Positions 10,438-21,165 are shown, counted from the first letter of the stretch. The stretch: 64,000 bases of DNA from Candidatus Bilamarchaeaceae archaeon (GCA_038870635.1 JAVZJR010000002.1:335-64334); one strand, 5' to 3'. The notes: generated by a model from the letters alone, not told the origin. Numbers and translations are program-made.

Positions 10438-13281
10438 TTACTCACTCTTTATTATTCTTATCTTTACTACTCTCCCATCGATTTCGTTCTCTTCAGCACC
10501 TTTATCTTCTTCATAATAGACGGCGGTTGCATTAACTATCTGTTTCAATCTTTCTTCATATTTTTTGACTATTCCTTCTATCTCCTTATCGCTTGAAAAT
10601 TTTACTGTTATCCGGTCTTTCTCAACAAGTTTTGCCTTTTTCCTCATGTTTTGTATTCTTCTCTTTATGTCGTTCAGTATACCTTCTTCATAAAGCTCTT
10701 GCTCAATGCGTTTGCTTATATGCACAACCCCTCCTTCAAAGGGTGAAGAAGCGTATTCGCCACTGGGTGCACTTTCTACTAATTTTGTTTCTTTTGCGTT
10801 AAGCGTGGTGCAGATAGCTTCCTTAAATTGACTTACTGCTTTGCTTACTTCTTGAGATTTAGTTTCTATGTATGTTGTTTTTATTGGCCATCTTGTTTTT
10901 ATTTTCGCGTTTTGTCTTGCCAGTAAGCCTGCTGTTATTATCCCTTGGATAATCTCCATTCTTTTCTCACTTAGCATGTCTATTTCAGCTGGATTTTCTA
11001 CCACCATACTGAAGAGATTGATAGATTCTTCTTTCTCGAACTTCCTGAAAAACTTTTGGTATATATATTCTGCTAAAAATGGAGACACTGGTGCAAGCAT
11101 TATTAAAGAATTAAGAATGGATTGATAGATCACATAAAGCGCTTCGTTTTTTTTCTCTTCATTGGCCAACCTATCTTTTGCCAGCTTCATATAAAATCTG
11201 CTTAAATCATTTGTTATGAAATTTCGGAGTTTCTTTACTGCATTGTTTATTTCATAATTCTTGAAAGCGTTGTTATAATCTCTTATCGTGCTATTTAATC
11301 TGCTAAGCAGCCATTTATCCTCTTCTGTTAATTCTAAACCATCCCTTTCTATTTTTTCATTCGGATAGAATCTTTCAAGAAAAGTGCCTAGATTGTAAAT
11401 TATGTTTATATCACTGTACACTGTTTTAAGTTCTGTCCAGTTAAATTTTATTTCTTCCCATATTGTATTACTTAAGCCCCACATTCTAAAAGTATCCGCG
11501 CCATTTTTTTCTATTATCTCCTCAATAGGCACAAAATTCCCAAGCGATTTGCTCATTTTTTCTCCATGTTCATCTACGAAAAAGCCGTGCATGAGCAATC
11601 TTTTGTAAGGTGAGGCGTTGTACCTTACAATTCCTGAGCCAAGAAGAGAGTAGAACCATCCTCTTATTTGGTCTTGGCCCTCTATTATTATTTCACTTCT
11701 TTCACCATATTTTTTCGCTTCCTCATTTGTGAGCGATGCCCATACTGCATTACCAGAATCGAACCAAACATCTAACACATCTTTTACTCTTTTAGCATTG
11801 CCGCCACATTCACAATTTATCTCTATTTCATCAACATATGGTCGATGCAACTCTACATTTTTTGGCAATTCTTTTTTTGAACCTATTACATGGATTTTTT
11901 GGCACTTCTCGCATTTCCATATTGGCAATGGTATGCCCCAATATCTCTGTCTTGAAATACACCAATCAGGTGCGACCTCGACAAAATCCCTAAATCTTTC
12001 TCCTGCAAATTTTGGGTGCCATTCAATGTTATTTATTTCATCCATCATTTTTTCTTTTGTTTTTGATATTGTTATGAACCATTGTTTTGTAGTTAGGAAT
12101 ATGAGGGGTGTTTTACAACGCCAGCAGTGCGGGTAACGATGTTTTATTCTACTTGCATATACCAAACTTCCATTTTGTTCTAAGAGCTCTATTATTTGGG
12201 AGTTCATCTCTCTAACATTTTTTCCTATAAACATTTCTCCAGCTTCTTCTGTATATCTTCCGCTTTCATCTACTGGTGAAAACGCTTCGATATCATATCT
12301 TTTACCTATTATAAAATCTTCTTGCCCATGTCCAGGTGCACAATGCACCAATCCGCTTCCATCTTCTAAGTTTACATATTCATCGCTTAATACTACTTTT
12401 CTGTTTGCTATCTTTTTTATCTTATCTTGGAAAGGATGTTCATATTCTATATCTTTTAATTTTCTTCCAGCTATTTCTTCAAGGACAACTGCATTTTTTT
12501 CTGTTATACTCATAAGATAGTCCAATCTGTCTTTTGCGAGATACCAAATTTCATCGTCGACCTTTGCTTTTACATATGTAAAAGTTGGGTGTGCCATGAC
12601 CGCCATATTTGCTACAAGTGTCCAGGGAGTAGTTGTCCATATTATCAAATATTCATTTTCTTTATTTTTTATCTTAAACTTAACAAATATGCTGGGGTCT
12701 GTTTCCTCTCCATACTCTAATTCATAATTAGCCATCGTTGTTTCGCATCGATAGCAATATGGTAGTACATAAACTCCCTCATGCATTAAGCCTTTATCCC
12801 AAGCCATTTTCAACGTATGCCATGAAGATTCTATGTATTCGTCTTTGTATGTAATGTAAGGTTTATCCCAATCCATCCAAACTCCCAATCTCTTAAATTG
12901 TCCGCTCATTACTTCAATGTATTTTGTTGCAAACGCTTTGCATTTTTCTATAAACTTGTCTATTCCGAGTTTTTCGATTTCTCTCTTGTTTTTTATACCC
13001 AACTCTTGCTCTACCTTTACCTCTATAGGAAGCCCATGCGTATCATACCCTGGTTGTGCCCTTACGTCCTCCCCACGCATTCTGTGATAACGACAAACGG
13101 CATCTTTTATGCATTTGTTCCAAGCTGTACCTGGATGGATTTGACCAGTAGCATAAGGTGGCCCATCGCAAAAGTAAAACTTTACTTGCGATTTTGCAAC
13201 TCTTTCCTTTGCTTTTTCGTATATTCTGTTTTTTTCCCAAAACTCTAGTATTTCTTGTTCTATTTTCTTGTAATCGTACAT
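10438..13281 (-). CDS. ileS: Isoleucine--tRNA ligase
   Basis: DGPPYATGQIHPGT, WTTTPWTL, DWCISRQRYWG, EGQDQIRGWF, KMSKS. Confidence 0.97.
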   Translation of the reverse strand: MYDYKKIEQEILEFWEKNRIYEKAKERVAKSQVKFYFCDGPPYATGQIHPGTAWNKCIKDAVCRYHRMRGEDVRAQPGYDTHGLPIEVKVEQELGIKNKREIEKLGIDKFIEKCKAFATKYIEVMSGQFKRLGVWMDWDKPYITYKDEYIESSWHTLKMAWDKGLMHEGVYVLPYCYRCETTMANYELEYGEETDPSIFVKFKIKNKENEYLIIWTTTPWTLVANMAVMAHPTFTYVKAKVDDEIWYLAKDRLDYLMSITEKNAVVLEEIAGRKLKDIEYEHPFQDKIKKIANRKVVLSDEYVNLEDGSGLVHCAPGHGQEDFIIGKRYDIEAFSPVDESGRYTEEAGEMFIGKNVREMNSQIIELLEQNGSLVYASRIKHRYPHCWRCKTPLIFLTTKQWFITISKTKEKMMDEINNIEWHPKFAGERFRDFVEVAPDWCISRQRYWGIPLPIWKCEKCQKIHVIGSKKELPKNVELHRPYVDEIEINCECGGNAKRVKDVLDVWFDSGNAVWASLTNEEAKKYGERSEIIIEGQDQIRGWFYSLLGSGIVRYNASPYKRLLMHGFFVDEHGEKMSKSLGNFVPIEEIIEKNGADTFRMWGLSNTIWEEIKFNWTELKTVYSDINIIYNLGTFLERFYPNEKIERDGLELTEEDKWLLSRLNSTIRDYNNAFKNYEINNAVKKLRNFITNDLSRFYMKLAKDRLANEEKKNEALYVIYQSILNSLIMLAPVSPFLAEYIYQKFFRKFEKEESINLFSMVVENPAEIDMLSEKRMEIIQGIITAGLLARQNAKIKTRWPIKTTYIETKSQEVSKAVSQFKEAICTTLNAKETKLVESAPSGEYASSPFEGGVVHISKRIEQELYEEGILNDIKRRIQNMRKKAKLVEKDRITVKFSSDKEIEGIVKKYEERLKQIVNATAVYYEEDKGAEENEIDGRVVKIRIIKSE

Positions 13282-13385
13282 TTTCTTCCCTCGATAAAAT
13301 GAAGATTATATCTCTTATGTTTTTTAAATTGTTTTATATTTTTTATGATTTCTTTTTTTAAACATTCTTATACATAATTTACAAT

Positions 13386-14330
13386 ATGAAGAAAACAATC
13401 GTTTTTGCAATAGCTGCTGCCTTTACTTATAACACTGCGTTTAATTTTGATTGTTGCCGACCCAATTTTTATAATAAGCCAGTTCTCGCAGAAGAATACT
13501 TTTCTGTTGGTCAGAATTTTTATCAATCCAAAAAAATTAATGAAATACTGAAAAAAATTCCCTCTACAAATTCGACCAAAGAAAAAGCTCAGATAATCTA
13601 TGATGTGTTTGCAGTTAAAAACAAAGGTTTGAAAATAGATGAATCTCAAAATGGCAAACGGGCGCCTAGACTTATAGATGAAACACTTAAAAATGGCGGA
13701 GATTGTAGTGAATTCGCATTTGTAATAGCTGCGGCAATTAAGCAACTACATTTAAGCGGTGGTGCATTGCTTGTTAAGATGAAAAATGCATCTGAGGACG
13801 TGCAGCATATTGTCGTTTATGTTAAGGATGGTAATAATAGGATAATCATCGACCCGCAAGCTGACGATTTAAATAAAGTGCTTGATGGTTCCGTCTATAC
13901 TGTGATAGCAGATTTGTCTTTTGAACAATTACCATATATGTTTTATAGGGAATACGGCGATTATTATAGAAATTCTAAAAACTTAGATAAAGCGATTGAA
14001 TATTACAAGCGTGCAGTTGCTATTTATGAGAAGGACCCTTATGTTCTTTGCAATCTTGCCAATTTTTACCATAAAAAAGATGATTTGGTTAGTGCCTATC
14101 AATATGCGGAAAAAGCCCTTGCTCTTTCGTTAGGGGATAAAAAAAAGAAAGAAATGCTAAGAATAAAAGTAGAATATCTCGTAAGTTCTGGTGTGGACGA
14201 GTGTGCCAATGGAAACACCATCAAGGGCAGAAATCTTTTGAATGAGGCAAAAAATATTGGTGAAGTAAATGGGGTTATAGATAAAAACGATATGAGTATA
14301 ATAGAAGAAAACTTAAAAATTTGTAAATAA
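13386..14330 (+). CDS. Secreted transglutaminase-like (Cys-His-Asp) domain protein with C-terminal TPRs
   Basis: N-terminal signal-like MKKTIVFAIAAAF; GGDCSEFA / QHIVV / IIIDP; TPR-like YGDYY..KAIEYYKRAVAI..NLANFY. Confidence 0.7.
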   Translation: MKKTIVFAIAAAFTYNTAFNFDCCRPNFYNKPVLAEEYFSVGQNFYQSKKINEILKKIPSTNSTKEKAQIIYDVFAVKNKGLKIDESQNGKRAPRLIDETLKNGGDCSEFAFVIAAAIKQLHLSGGALLVKMKNASEDVQHIVVYVKDGNNRIIIDPQADDLNKVLDGSVYTVIADLSFEQLPYMFYREYGDYYRNSKNLDKAIEYYKRAVAIYEKDPYVLCNLANFYHKKDDLVSAYQYAEKALALSLGDKKKKEMLRIKVEYLVSSGVDECANGNTIKGRNLLNEAKNIGEVNGVIDKNDMSIIEENLKICK

Positions 14331-15545
14331 TTAAAGAAGGTTTATTATGCCTTTTTGTTGCATTGCACGGAGAAGATAAAGACTACCGCATATTAAAACT
14401 GCGCCAGTGTTTTTTGCAGTTGAGAATGCTTTTTTGAGGTCTTTTTCAACTACGCTATGAGTGTACCTTTTTGCTTCTTTAGAAATCTCTTCAGCAGGCA
14501 CGCTTTCATCGCCATACTCTGTTGCAATAAAGATGGTTGCGTAGGGGCAAAGCAGTTCTAACATCTTCTGCCAGTCCTTTGTTTTTTTTGCCGCGAATAT
14601 AACCGCAAGATTTTCATATTTAAACATATAAAGGTTTGTTACAAGGTTTCCAATGCCGTCTGGATTATGCGCACCGTCTGCTATCACTAATGGTTTTTGG
14701 GATAACACTTGTAGCCTTCCCGGATGGATGGTTTTTTCTAAACCTTTTCTTATAGCATCTTCAGAAACCCCTATCTCTTCTGCTGCTGCAACTGCTAACG
14801 AGGCATTTGTTATTTGGTAATGTCCTAAAAGAGAGGTTTGTAATCGGGAATAAAAATCGTATCCAAGGTAATCAAAAACATTGCCTTTTGCGTTTGTTGA
14901 AACGCATTCTACAAAAAAATCCTCACCTAAAGAACGCAAATGTGCTTTAGTTTTTTCTGCTTCTTTTTTTATTATAGATAAACCATATTCCGCAGCAGTT
15001 ATAGCACTTCCACCTTTTATTATGCCAGCTTTTTCCCATGCTATTTTCTCATAAGTAGTGCCAAGCATTTCTGTATGGTCGAGTTCTATTTTTGTTATTA
15101 TTGAGATGACAGGATTTGCTACATTTGTTGCATCATACCTGCCACCCATCAATATCTCAACTACTGCATAATCAATGTTTTTATCGTTAAAATACTGATA
15201 AGCTAAAGCGGCTAATCCTTCCCAGTATGTGATAGGATTCTTTTTTGCTTCTTTGACTATCATCTCTTCGTAATCTAAAAGTTCCTTTTCGCTTATCCAC
15301 TTTCCATCTATTTGTATTCTCTCGCAAGGAGAAATTATGTGAGGAGAATAAAACGAGCCAACTCGATATCCCTCTTCTTTCAGTATTTGTGATAGATATG
15401 CAGTTGTTGAACCTTTTCCATTTGTGCCAGTTATCAATATCGTCTGGTAATTGTTTTGAGGATTATCTATTGCATCCATAAATTTTTTTATTCTTTCTAA
15501 TCCTGGTTTTGGATCAGTGCCAAGCTTTTCCAGTGGCTCTAACAT
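14331..15545 (-). CDS. folC: Folylpolyglutamate synthase / dihydrofolate synthase
   Basis: ITGTNGKGST, SPH..ERI, GGRYDATN, WEKAGIIK, DGAHNPDG; start at 15545 assumed (ORF extends to 15575). Confidence 0.93.
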   Translation of the reverse strand: MLEPLEKLGTDPKPGLERIKKFMDAIDNPQNNYQTILITGTNGKGSTTAYLSQILKEEGYRVGSFYSPHIISPCERIQIDGKWISEKELLDYEEMIVKEAKKNPITYWEGLAALAYQYFNDKNIDYAVVEILMGGRYDATNVANPVISIITKIELDHTEMLGTTYEKIAWEKAGIIKGGSAITAAEYGLSIIKKEAEKTKAHLRSLGEDFFVECVSTNAKGNVFDYLGYDFYSRLQTSLLGHYQITNASLAVAAAEEIGVSEDAIRKGLEKTIHPGRLQVLSQKPLVIADGAHNPDGIGNLVTNLYMFKYENLAVIFAAKKTKDWQKMLELLCPYATIFIATEYGDESVPAEEISKEAKRYTHSVVEKDLKKAFSTAKNTGAVLICGSLYLLRAMQQKGIINLL

Positions 15546-16368
15546 TCTTCTCAGCAGCCTCCACAACATTTTCAAGAAGCATTGCTACTGTCATTGGCCC
15601 CACTCCGCCTGGGACAGGGGTGCAACTCGCTTTTTTTATTACTGAATTAAAATCTACATCGCCAACAAATCCAGCCGCAGTCTTGTTTATGCCAACATCT
15701 ATTACAACTGCATCCTGTTTTACCATGTCAGCAGTTATTAGTTTTTCTTTTCCAGCAGCAACTATTAATATGTCTGCCTGTTTAGTATGCTCAGAAAGTT
15801 TTTCAGTTTTTGAGTGGCAGATAGTAACCGTCGCATTTTTTCTTAAAAGTAAAATGGCAAGAGGCTTTCCGACTACATTACTCCTTCCTACAACCACTGC
15901 ATGCTTTTTTTCTATTGGTATATTATAATATTCTAAAAGCCTTATCACTCCTGCGGGCGTGGCAGGGAGAAAACCAGGCATACCAACAAATAATTTTCCT
16001 AAATTTGTAATTGTCCAACCATCTACGTCTTTTTCTGGGGATATTGCATTTATCACTCTGTCTTGGTTTATATGCTGTGGTAAGGGCGCCTGTACTATAA
16101 AACCATCTATCTCTTTGTCATTGTTGAGTTTTTCTACTAAGTCGAGTAATTCTCTCTCAGGAACATTTTCAGGAAGCTTTATTAGGTTTGCATTTATTCC
16201 TATGCTCTCTGCTTTTTTTATCTTGTTATTAACATAGAGCTCAGAGGCAGGGTCTTCTCCAACAAGAATTATTACTAACGATGGTTTTTTTGGGAGTGAT
16301 TGCACTCTTCTTTTTAAATTTAGAAGAATGGCATCAGCGGCATCCTTTCCTGAGAGTACACGATACAT
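15514..16368 (-). CDS. folD: Bifunctional methylene-THF dehydrogenase/cyclohydrolase
   Basis: YVNNK, EKDVDG, PATPAG, VGRSNVVGKP, TPVPGGVGPMT. Confidence 0.96.
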   Translation of the reverse strand: MYRVLSGKDAADAILLNLKRRVQSLPKKPSLVIILVGEDPASELYVNNKIKKAESIGINANLIKLPENVPERELLDLVEKLNNDKEIDGFIVQAPLPQHINQDRVINAISPEKDVDGWTITNLGKLFVGMPGFLPATPAGVIRLLEYYNIPIEKKHAVVVGRSNVVGKPLAILLLRKNATVTICHSKTEKLSEHTKQADILIVAAGKEKLITADMVKQDAVVIDVGINKTAAGFVGDVDFNSVIKKASCTPVPGGVGPMTVAMLLENVVEAAEKNVRATGKAWH

Positions 16369-16440
16369 ACTAATAATTTTCACACGAGTAATTTAAACTT
16401 ATTGTTTTATTTTTTATATGCTCTATTGGGTCGTGGAACT

Positions 16441-16983
16441 ATGAAAATGGCTTTGAGGGAGGAAATACTCGCAAAAAGGAATAATCTACCTCTAGAAGAA
16501 CAAAAAAGACTTAGCGAGATAATATGCGCTAATTTAATTCAGCGCCCTAATTTTATAAAAGCAAAGTGTATTGCTTTTTATCTTGCCAAAGGTAGCGAGG
16601 TTGATTTAAGATTCGCTATTGAGAAAGCAATCGAAGATGGTAAGGATGTGCTCGTGCCGATTACAAATGACCATATTGAGATGGTACTTTTTGAGAGCTT
16701 TGAAAGACTAAAACCAGGTCGTTTTGGCATTTCTGAACCGATTGAAAAGGTAGAGGGCCCGCCCCCTGATGTTATAATTGTGCCAGGTGTTGTCTTTGGT
16801 TTATGTATGCATAGGATAGGTTATGGAAAAGGTTATTATGACCGCTATTTGAAAACGACAAATGCATATAGAATTGGAGTTTGTTATGATTTTCAGTTGC
16901 TTGATAGACTACCATCTCATAATTTTGATGAACCAATGGATGAAATAATTACAGAGAAAAGAATAATAGTAAAAAAATTTTAG
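16441..16983 (+). CDS. 5-formyltetrahydrofolate cyclo-ligase
   Basis: FGISEP, DVIIVPG, RIGYGKGYYDRYL, HNFDEPMD. Confidence 0.93.
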   Translation: MKMALREEILAKRNNLPLEEQKRLSEIICANLIQRPNFIKAKCIAFYLAKGSEVDLRFAIEKAIEDGKDVLVPITNDHIEMVLFESFERLKPGRFGISEPIEKVEGPPPDVIIVPGVVFGLCMHRIGYGKGYYDRYLKTTNAYRIGVCYDFQLLDRLPSHNFDEPMDEIITEKRIIVKKF

Positions 16984-18440
16984 CCGAGGAAGCCGCGGAC
17001 CCATGCTGCCCGTAGTATATCCTCTTCTACTTCTAATTGTCTTTCCATATTTTTCATTATTATGCTCGTTATTTTGTTGTGTGCATAGTTTTCTTCATAA
17101 TCTACATCCAATGTGGCTATAGCATGTTCGATATTGGTTTTTAACTGGTGAGGAAAATATTTCAGATTTTCTTTATTTAAGAACGGTAATGCTGTTTTTA
17201 TATCATTGAGAAAATTTGGGTAGACCTCAACTATCTCTTCTATATCTTTTTGATTTAAAGCGCTAAGCCCAAGAATTTCTGGTGGAAAACCATACGAATA
17301 TAAAGCAGCACAAAATCTTATGGCGCGCGGTAAAACAATACCTATCCTGCTTTTTCTTGAATACCCAAAAAGACCAACGTGAAGTTTTCGCATCCTTCTT
17401 TTTGGTATGTAAACACTCATTCTGTTTGCATTGTCAGCTACTAGCACAATCTCTTTTTCATACTGTGCTATTATTTTCTCTATAATCGGTATTATTCTAC
17501 TTTCATCTACTGCTATCGGTTGGCCAGTTGGTGTGTTTTCGATTTTATCTATTGCTGCTCGGACCTCTTCTTCATCGTTATCATATTTGAATGATGATTG
17601 TATTGTAAAGGTGTGTACTGAAGGATACCCTTTTAATATATGATCACAATTACTTGGTTTAAAATTTCCTCTGAAAGGAGCAGAACCGCATCCGAGTATT
17701 GGATAAATTGTTTTTGATTGTTCTATACTTACTTCTCTTAGCCTATCAAGGGCAAGTTTTACCAAGAGGACTGCCGCAGTGGATGAATAATTAAGAGCAG
17801 GATCACTTCTTGCTATCCAAAAACGCATTTCTTCTTCTTTTGTTTTTTCGAGGTATTCTCCTGCTATTTTGCCTGCGTTTATTATTGCTTCTTTTGTTTC
17901 AACTAAAGGAATTACTTTTATGTCCTTTGGCTCTATCTCTCCGACCCATTCTTTAATCTTCTGGTCAATTATTAAGTTTTCCTCTATTTTAGAGATATAA
18001 TCTCTGTAAAATTGCTTTACTTTTATGGCTTCAGTTGCAGAGGAGCACATTGGTAGAGCAACTTCAAAAACAGGCGTCACTCTTTCTCCATAGAAAAATG
18101 TCGCCGTGTCTGCGCTTCTTGCTATACTCATAAGTGTTTCAAGAAGAACCTTTGCATCATTTTTTTCAACAGCTGGGTTTGGCACTCTATAGGTAAGGCG
18201 GACATCAACACCTGGTTTTTTTCTCCTAAAAAATGCTTCATACTTTGCAAGTAGTTTTTTAACCACAAAGTTATCAACTTCTTTTCCTTCGTAATCCCAT
18301 AGTTGCTCGCGGCATTTTAAATGAGAGAAAACATAGAATGCTTCTTTTATTTCGTCTTCCCAATCGAAAACATTACTGTTGCAAAAAAATGGTTGTCGTA
18401 CATTGTCAGGATGCTGCGTAGACATTGTTCTTGGTATCAT
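16980..18440 (-). CDS. ppcA: Archaeal-type phosphoenolpyruvate carboxylase
   Basis: IPRTMSTQHPDN, ARSDPALNY, GCGSAPFRG, TIQSSFKYD, LPRAIRF. Confidence 0.95.
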   Translation of the reverse strand: MIPRTMSTQHPDNVRQPFFCNSNVFDWEDEIKEAFYVFSHLKCREQLWDYEGKEVDNFVVKKLLAKYEAFFRRKKPGVDVRLTYRVPNPAVEKNDAKVLLETLMSIARSADTATFFYGERVTPVFEVALPMCSSATEAIKVKQFYRDYISKIEENLIIDQKIKEWVGEIEPKDIKVIPLVETKEAIINAGKIAGEYLEKTKEEEMRFWIARSDPALNYSSTAAVLLVKLALDRLREVSIEQSKTIYPILGCGSAPFRGNFKPSNCDHILKGYPSVHTFTIQSSFKYDNDEEEVRAAIDKIENTPTGQPIAVDESRIIPIIEKIIAQYEKEIVLVADNANRMSVYIPKRRMRKLHVGLFGYSRKSRIGIVLPRAIRFCAALYSYGFPPEILGLSALNQKDIEEIVEVYPNFLNDIKTALPFLNKENLKYFPHQLKTNIEHAIATLDVDYEENYAHNKITSIIMKNMERQLEVEEDILRAAWVRGFLG

Positions 18441-18441
18441 G

Positions 18442-19722
18442 CTACCCCTTCTTTTTTTGAGATTTTTTTATTTCATCCATTAATTGTAATAAGCCTTCTG
18501 CCATTTCTTTTATTTTTTCGTCATCACTTTTTTTAAGGTCACTTACTATTTTTTTTATGTTATCATTTTCCAAGAGGGCAATGTTTTCATTTTCTTTTGT
18601 CTGTGTTATCATGTTGCCAAGCATTTCTATTGTTGCTATCTTTATATCTTTGTTTTCATCACCCAGTAATTTTTCTATCGTTTCATCGAATTCATATTCA
18701 GATATTTTTTTGTGAATGCCTAGCGCACCTATAAACGCTATTGCGCTTTTCCTTAATAAAACATCAGTAGATTTCTCTGCGATTTCTTTTACCCTCTCTG
18801 TAATATCGTTATCTACATTTTCCACTCCAAATTTTTCTATTAAACCACCATACAAAGTTATTCCAAGTAATACCGGTTCTTTTTGTTCTGATATAATTAA
18901 TTCTTTTATTTTGCTGCTGATTTCTTTATCTTTTAACGGATTATTTTTTATTTGTGGTAATGCATAAAAGAGGCAATAACTGACCGCAAGATTTGTAGTA
19001 GGTTCTCCTTTTTGTAACTGCTTTTTTAAAAATTTTAAAAAACCTTCTTCGCTTTGAGGAAAATTTTTTATGTTTGCGCCTAATTGAATGGCTTTCCCTA
19101 GAGACCACAGAGCTAAAAGGTTTGTTTCTTCTTTCTCACTTAGCGTTAAAATTTGTCTAAACAATAATTCATTTTGTTTCTTAGCTATTTTTTCGCCAAT
19201 GTACTCCCCAAGTAATTTTATCACGTCATTCTTTAAAAAGGGAATATCAGCGTATTTTTTCATCTCTTTTTCTATTTCTTGTATATTTAAGAGACCATCA
19301 TCAAAAAAGTATTTTTTGGTGCTTAGTTCGATGTTTAGGGTGTAACCATTAGTTTTTAGAAAAGCCCAAAATTCTTCATCTGGCGGTTTACTAAATGTCG
19401 CATTTTTTTCTTTTATTAAGAAGAATGGGTATTCCGTGGCAAAGTTATAAGGTTCTGAAAGAAGAATATCTTGTTCTTCATCATTTACTTTTTCATAATC
19501 CAATAAGTAGAACTTTATCCCTGTTTTTTGGCTTATCAAAGTTAATTTTTTTATTATCTCTTCTTTGTTTTTTAGGTCTTTTGAAGAGAATACAAAAATT
19601 ATACCTTTTTTTACATCATTTAATGAGTTTATAGTTATGAGAAAATTTTCTTCACGTACTGGTATTGCACCTAGTGTACCCTCCCCTTTTTTTTCTTCTT
19701 TTTTTATTTGCATTCTTCCCAT
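18442..19722 (-). CDS. HEAT/ARM-repeat protein
   Basis: Units such as VLLRKSAIAFIGALG and LLGDENKDIKIATIEMLGNM. Confidence 0.6.
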   Translation of the reverse strand: MGRMQIKKEEKKGEGTLGAIPVREENFLITINSLNDVKKGIIFVFSSKDLKNKEEIIKKLTLISQKTGIKFYLLDYEKVNDEEQDILLSEPYNFATEYPFFLIKEKNATFSKPPDEEFWAFLKTNGYTLNIELSTKKYFFDDGLLNIQEIEKEMKKYADIPFLKNDVIKLLGEYIGEKIAKKQNELLFRQILTLSEKEETNLLALWSLGKAIQLGANIKNFPQSEEGFLKFLKKQLQKGEPTTNLAVSYCLFYALPQIKNNPLKDKEISSKIKELIISEQKEPVLLGITLYGGLIEKFGVENVDNDITERVKEIAEKSTDVLLRKSAIAFIGALGIHKKISEYEFDETIEKLLGDENKDIKIATIEMLGNMITQTKENENIALLENDNIKKIVSDLKKSDDEKIKEMAEGLLQLMDEIKKSQKKKG

Positions 19723-19752
19723 AATTACATTTCTCAGAGAACTATAAAAAAT

Positions 19753-21048
19753 CTATGGGTAGAGTCTGCTTATAGTTCTGGGGAAGGGTATTGCATCGCG
19801 GATATGCGGTAGGTTAAGGACCCATTTTGTAAGACGCTCGATGCCTAAGCCAAATCCAGAGTGTGGCACAGAGCCATATCTTCTAAGGTCAACATACCAT
19901 TTGTAATCTGGTGAATTCGGATCAAGCCCAAACTTCTTCATTTTTGTGACAAGTTTATCAAGTTCCCATATTCTTTGGCTTCCGCCTATTATCTCGCCAT
20001 GTCCTTGTGGTGCAAGCAAGTCATCATTTAGCACATATCCCGGCCTGTCTGGGTCTTCTTCCATATAAAACGCCTTTATTGCTGATGGAAAATGATGAAC
20101 AAAAACAGGGACATCGTACTCTTTTGTTAAAAGCGCTTCTTCGTCTGCACCAAAATCATCACCTTCTTTCATGTTTCCTCCTAAATCATTCACTTTTGCG
20201 ACTGCATCTAAATAATCTAAACGCGGAAAAGGTGGGACGACCTTTTTTAAATCATCTGGATTTCTCCCACACTGTTCCAGAAGGTCAGGATGATTTTTTA
20301 CCATTTTTTGTACTGCATACGATATCATTTCTTCTTGAAGCTTCATGTTGTCTTTCCAATCATACCACGCCATCTCAGGCTCAAGGTGCCAATACTCCGC
20401 AAGGTGCCTTATTGTTCTGCTTTTCTCTGCTCGAAAAGAAGGTGCAAGAACATATACTTTTTCGTGAGCGTACACAAAAACCTCGGCGTACAATTGCGAG
20501 CTTTGTGTGAGATATGCTTTTTCACCAAAATAATTAAGCTCAAAAAGCGTTGCCCCTCCCTCACACTCTGCTTTTGTTATTATTGGGGGGGCTAGTTCAA
20601 AAAAATTCTCTTTCGCAAAAAATTCTCTGAGATAGCCAACAAGATAATGGCGCGCTTGCATTATCGCAGTCATCTTTCTTGAGCGTAGCCAAAGGTGGCG
20701 TACATCTAAAAGAAATTCATCGCTCAAATCTTTTGATATCGGGTAAGGTTCTCCTTTTGATATAAATCTTACCTCTTTTGCTTGAAGTTCTACTCCACCA
20801 GGCGCTCTTTCATCTTTTTTTACTTCTCCTTTTATTTCCATTGAACTCTCTATAAAACAAGTCGTTGCCGCTTCCCAACTCTGTGCATCAACTTTATCTT
20901 TTTTTATCGCACATTGTATTATTCCCGTTGAGTCGCGCATGATTACAAATGCTAAACTTCCACTCGTTCTTTGGCGGTAAACCCATCCTCTTATTGCGAC
21001 ATTTTCGCCTTCTTTTTGTGCGAGCACTTCTTTTATTTTTTTAAACAT
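19753..21048 (-). CDS. asnS: Asparagine--tRNA ligase
   Basis: YLTQSSQLYAE, FRAEKSRTIRHLAE, YGSVPHSGFGLGIER. Confidence 0.95.
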   Translation of the reverse strand: MFKKIKEVLAQKEGENVAIRGWVYRQRTSGSLAFVIMRDSTGIIQCAIKKDKVDAQSWEAATTCFIESSMEIKGEVKKDERAPGGVELQAKEVRFISKGEPYPISKDLSDEFLLDVRHLWLRSRKMTAIMQARHYLVGYLREFFAKENFFELAPPIITKAECEGGATLFELNYFGEKAYLTQSSQLYAEVFVYAHEKVYVLAPSFRAEKSRTIRHLAEYWHLEPEMAWYDWKDNMKLQEEMISYAVQKMVKNHPDLLEQCGRNPDDLKKVVPPFPRLDYLDAVAKVNDLGGNMKEGDDFGADEEALLTKEYDVPVFVHHFPSAIKAFYMEEDPDRPGYVLNDDLLAPQGHGEIIGGSQRIWELDKLVTKMKKFGLDPNSPDYKWYVDLRRYGSVPHSGFGLGIERLTKWVLNLPHIRDAIPFPRTISRLYP

Positions 21049-21165
21049 ACATTCACCTTTTCAAAGATAGAGAAGTATTAAATTAAAATATTTCTTTATT
21101 TTTCTGTTTTTTTATCCTTTACACTGCATATCATTTTTTAAAACTTTTTTGTTATATATATATGT

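Noticed and set aside
15514-15575. Programmed frameshift fusing folD and folC
   Set aside because: Both ORFs are complete with their own start and stop; simple overlap suffices and no slippery site was identified
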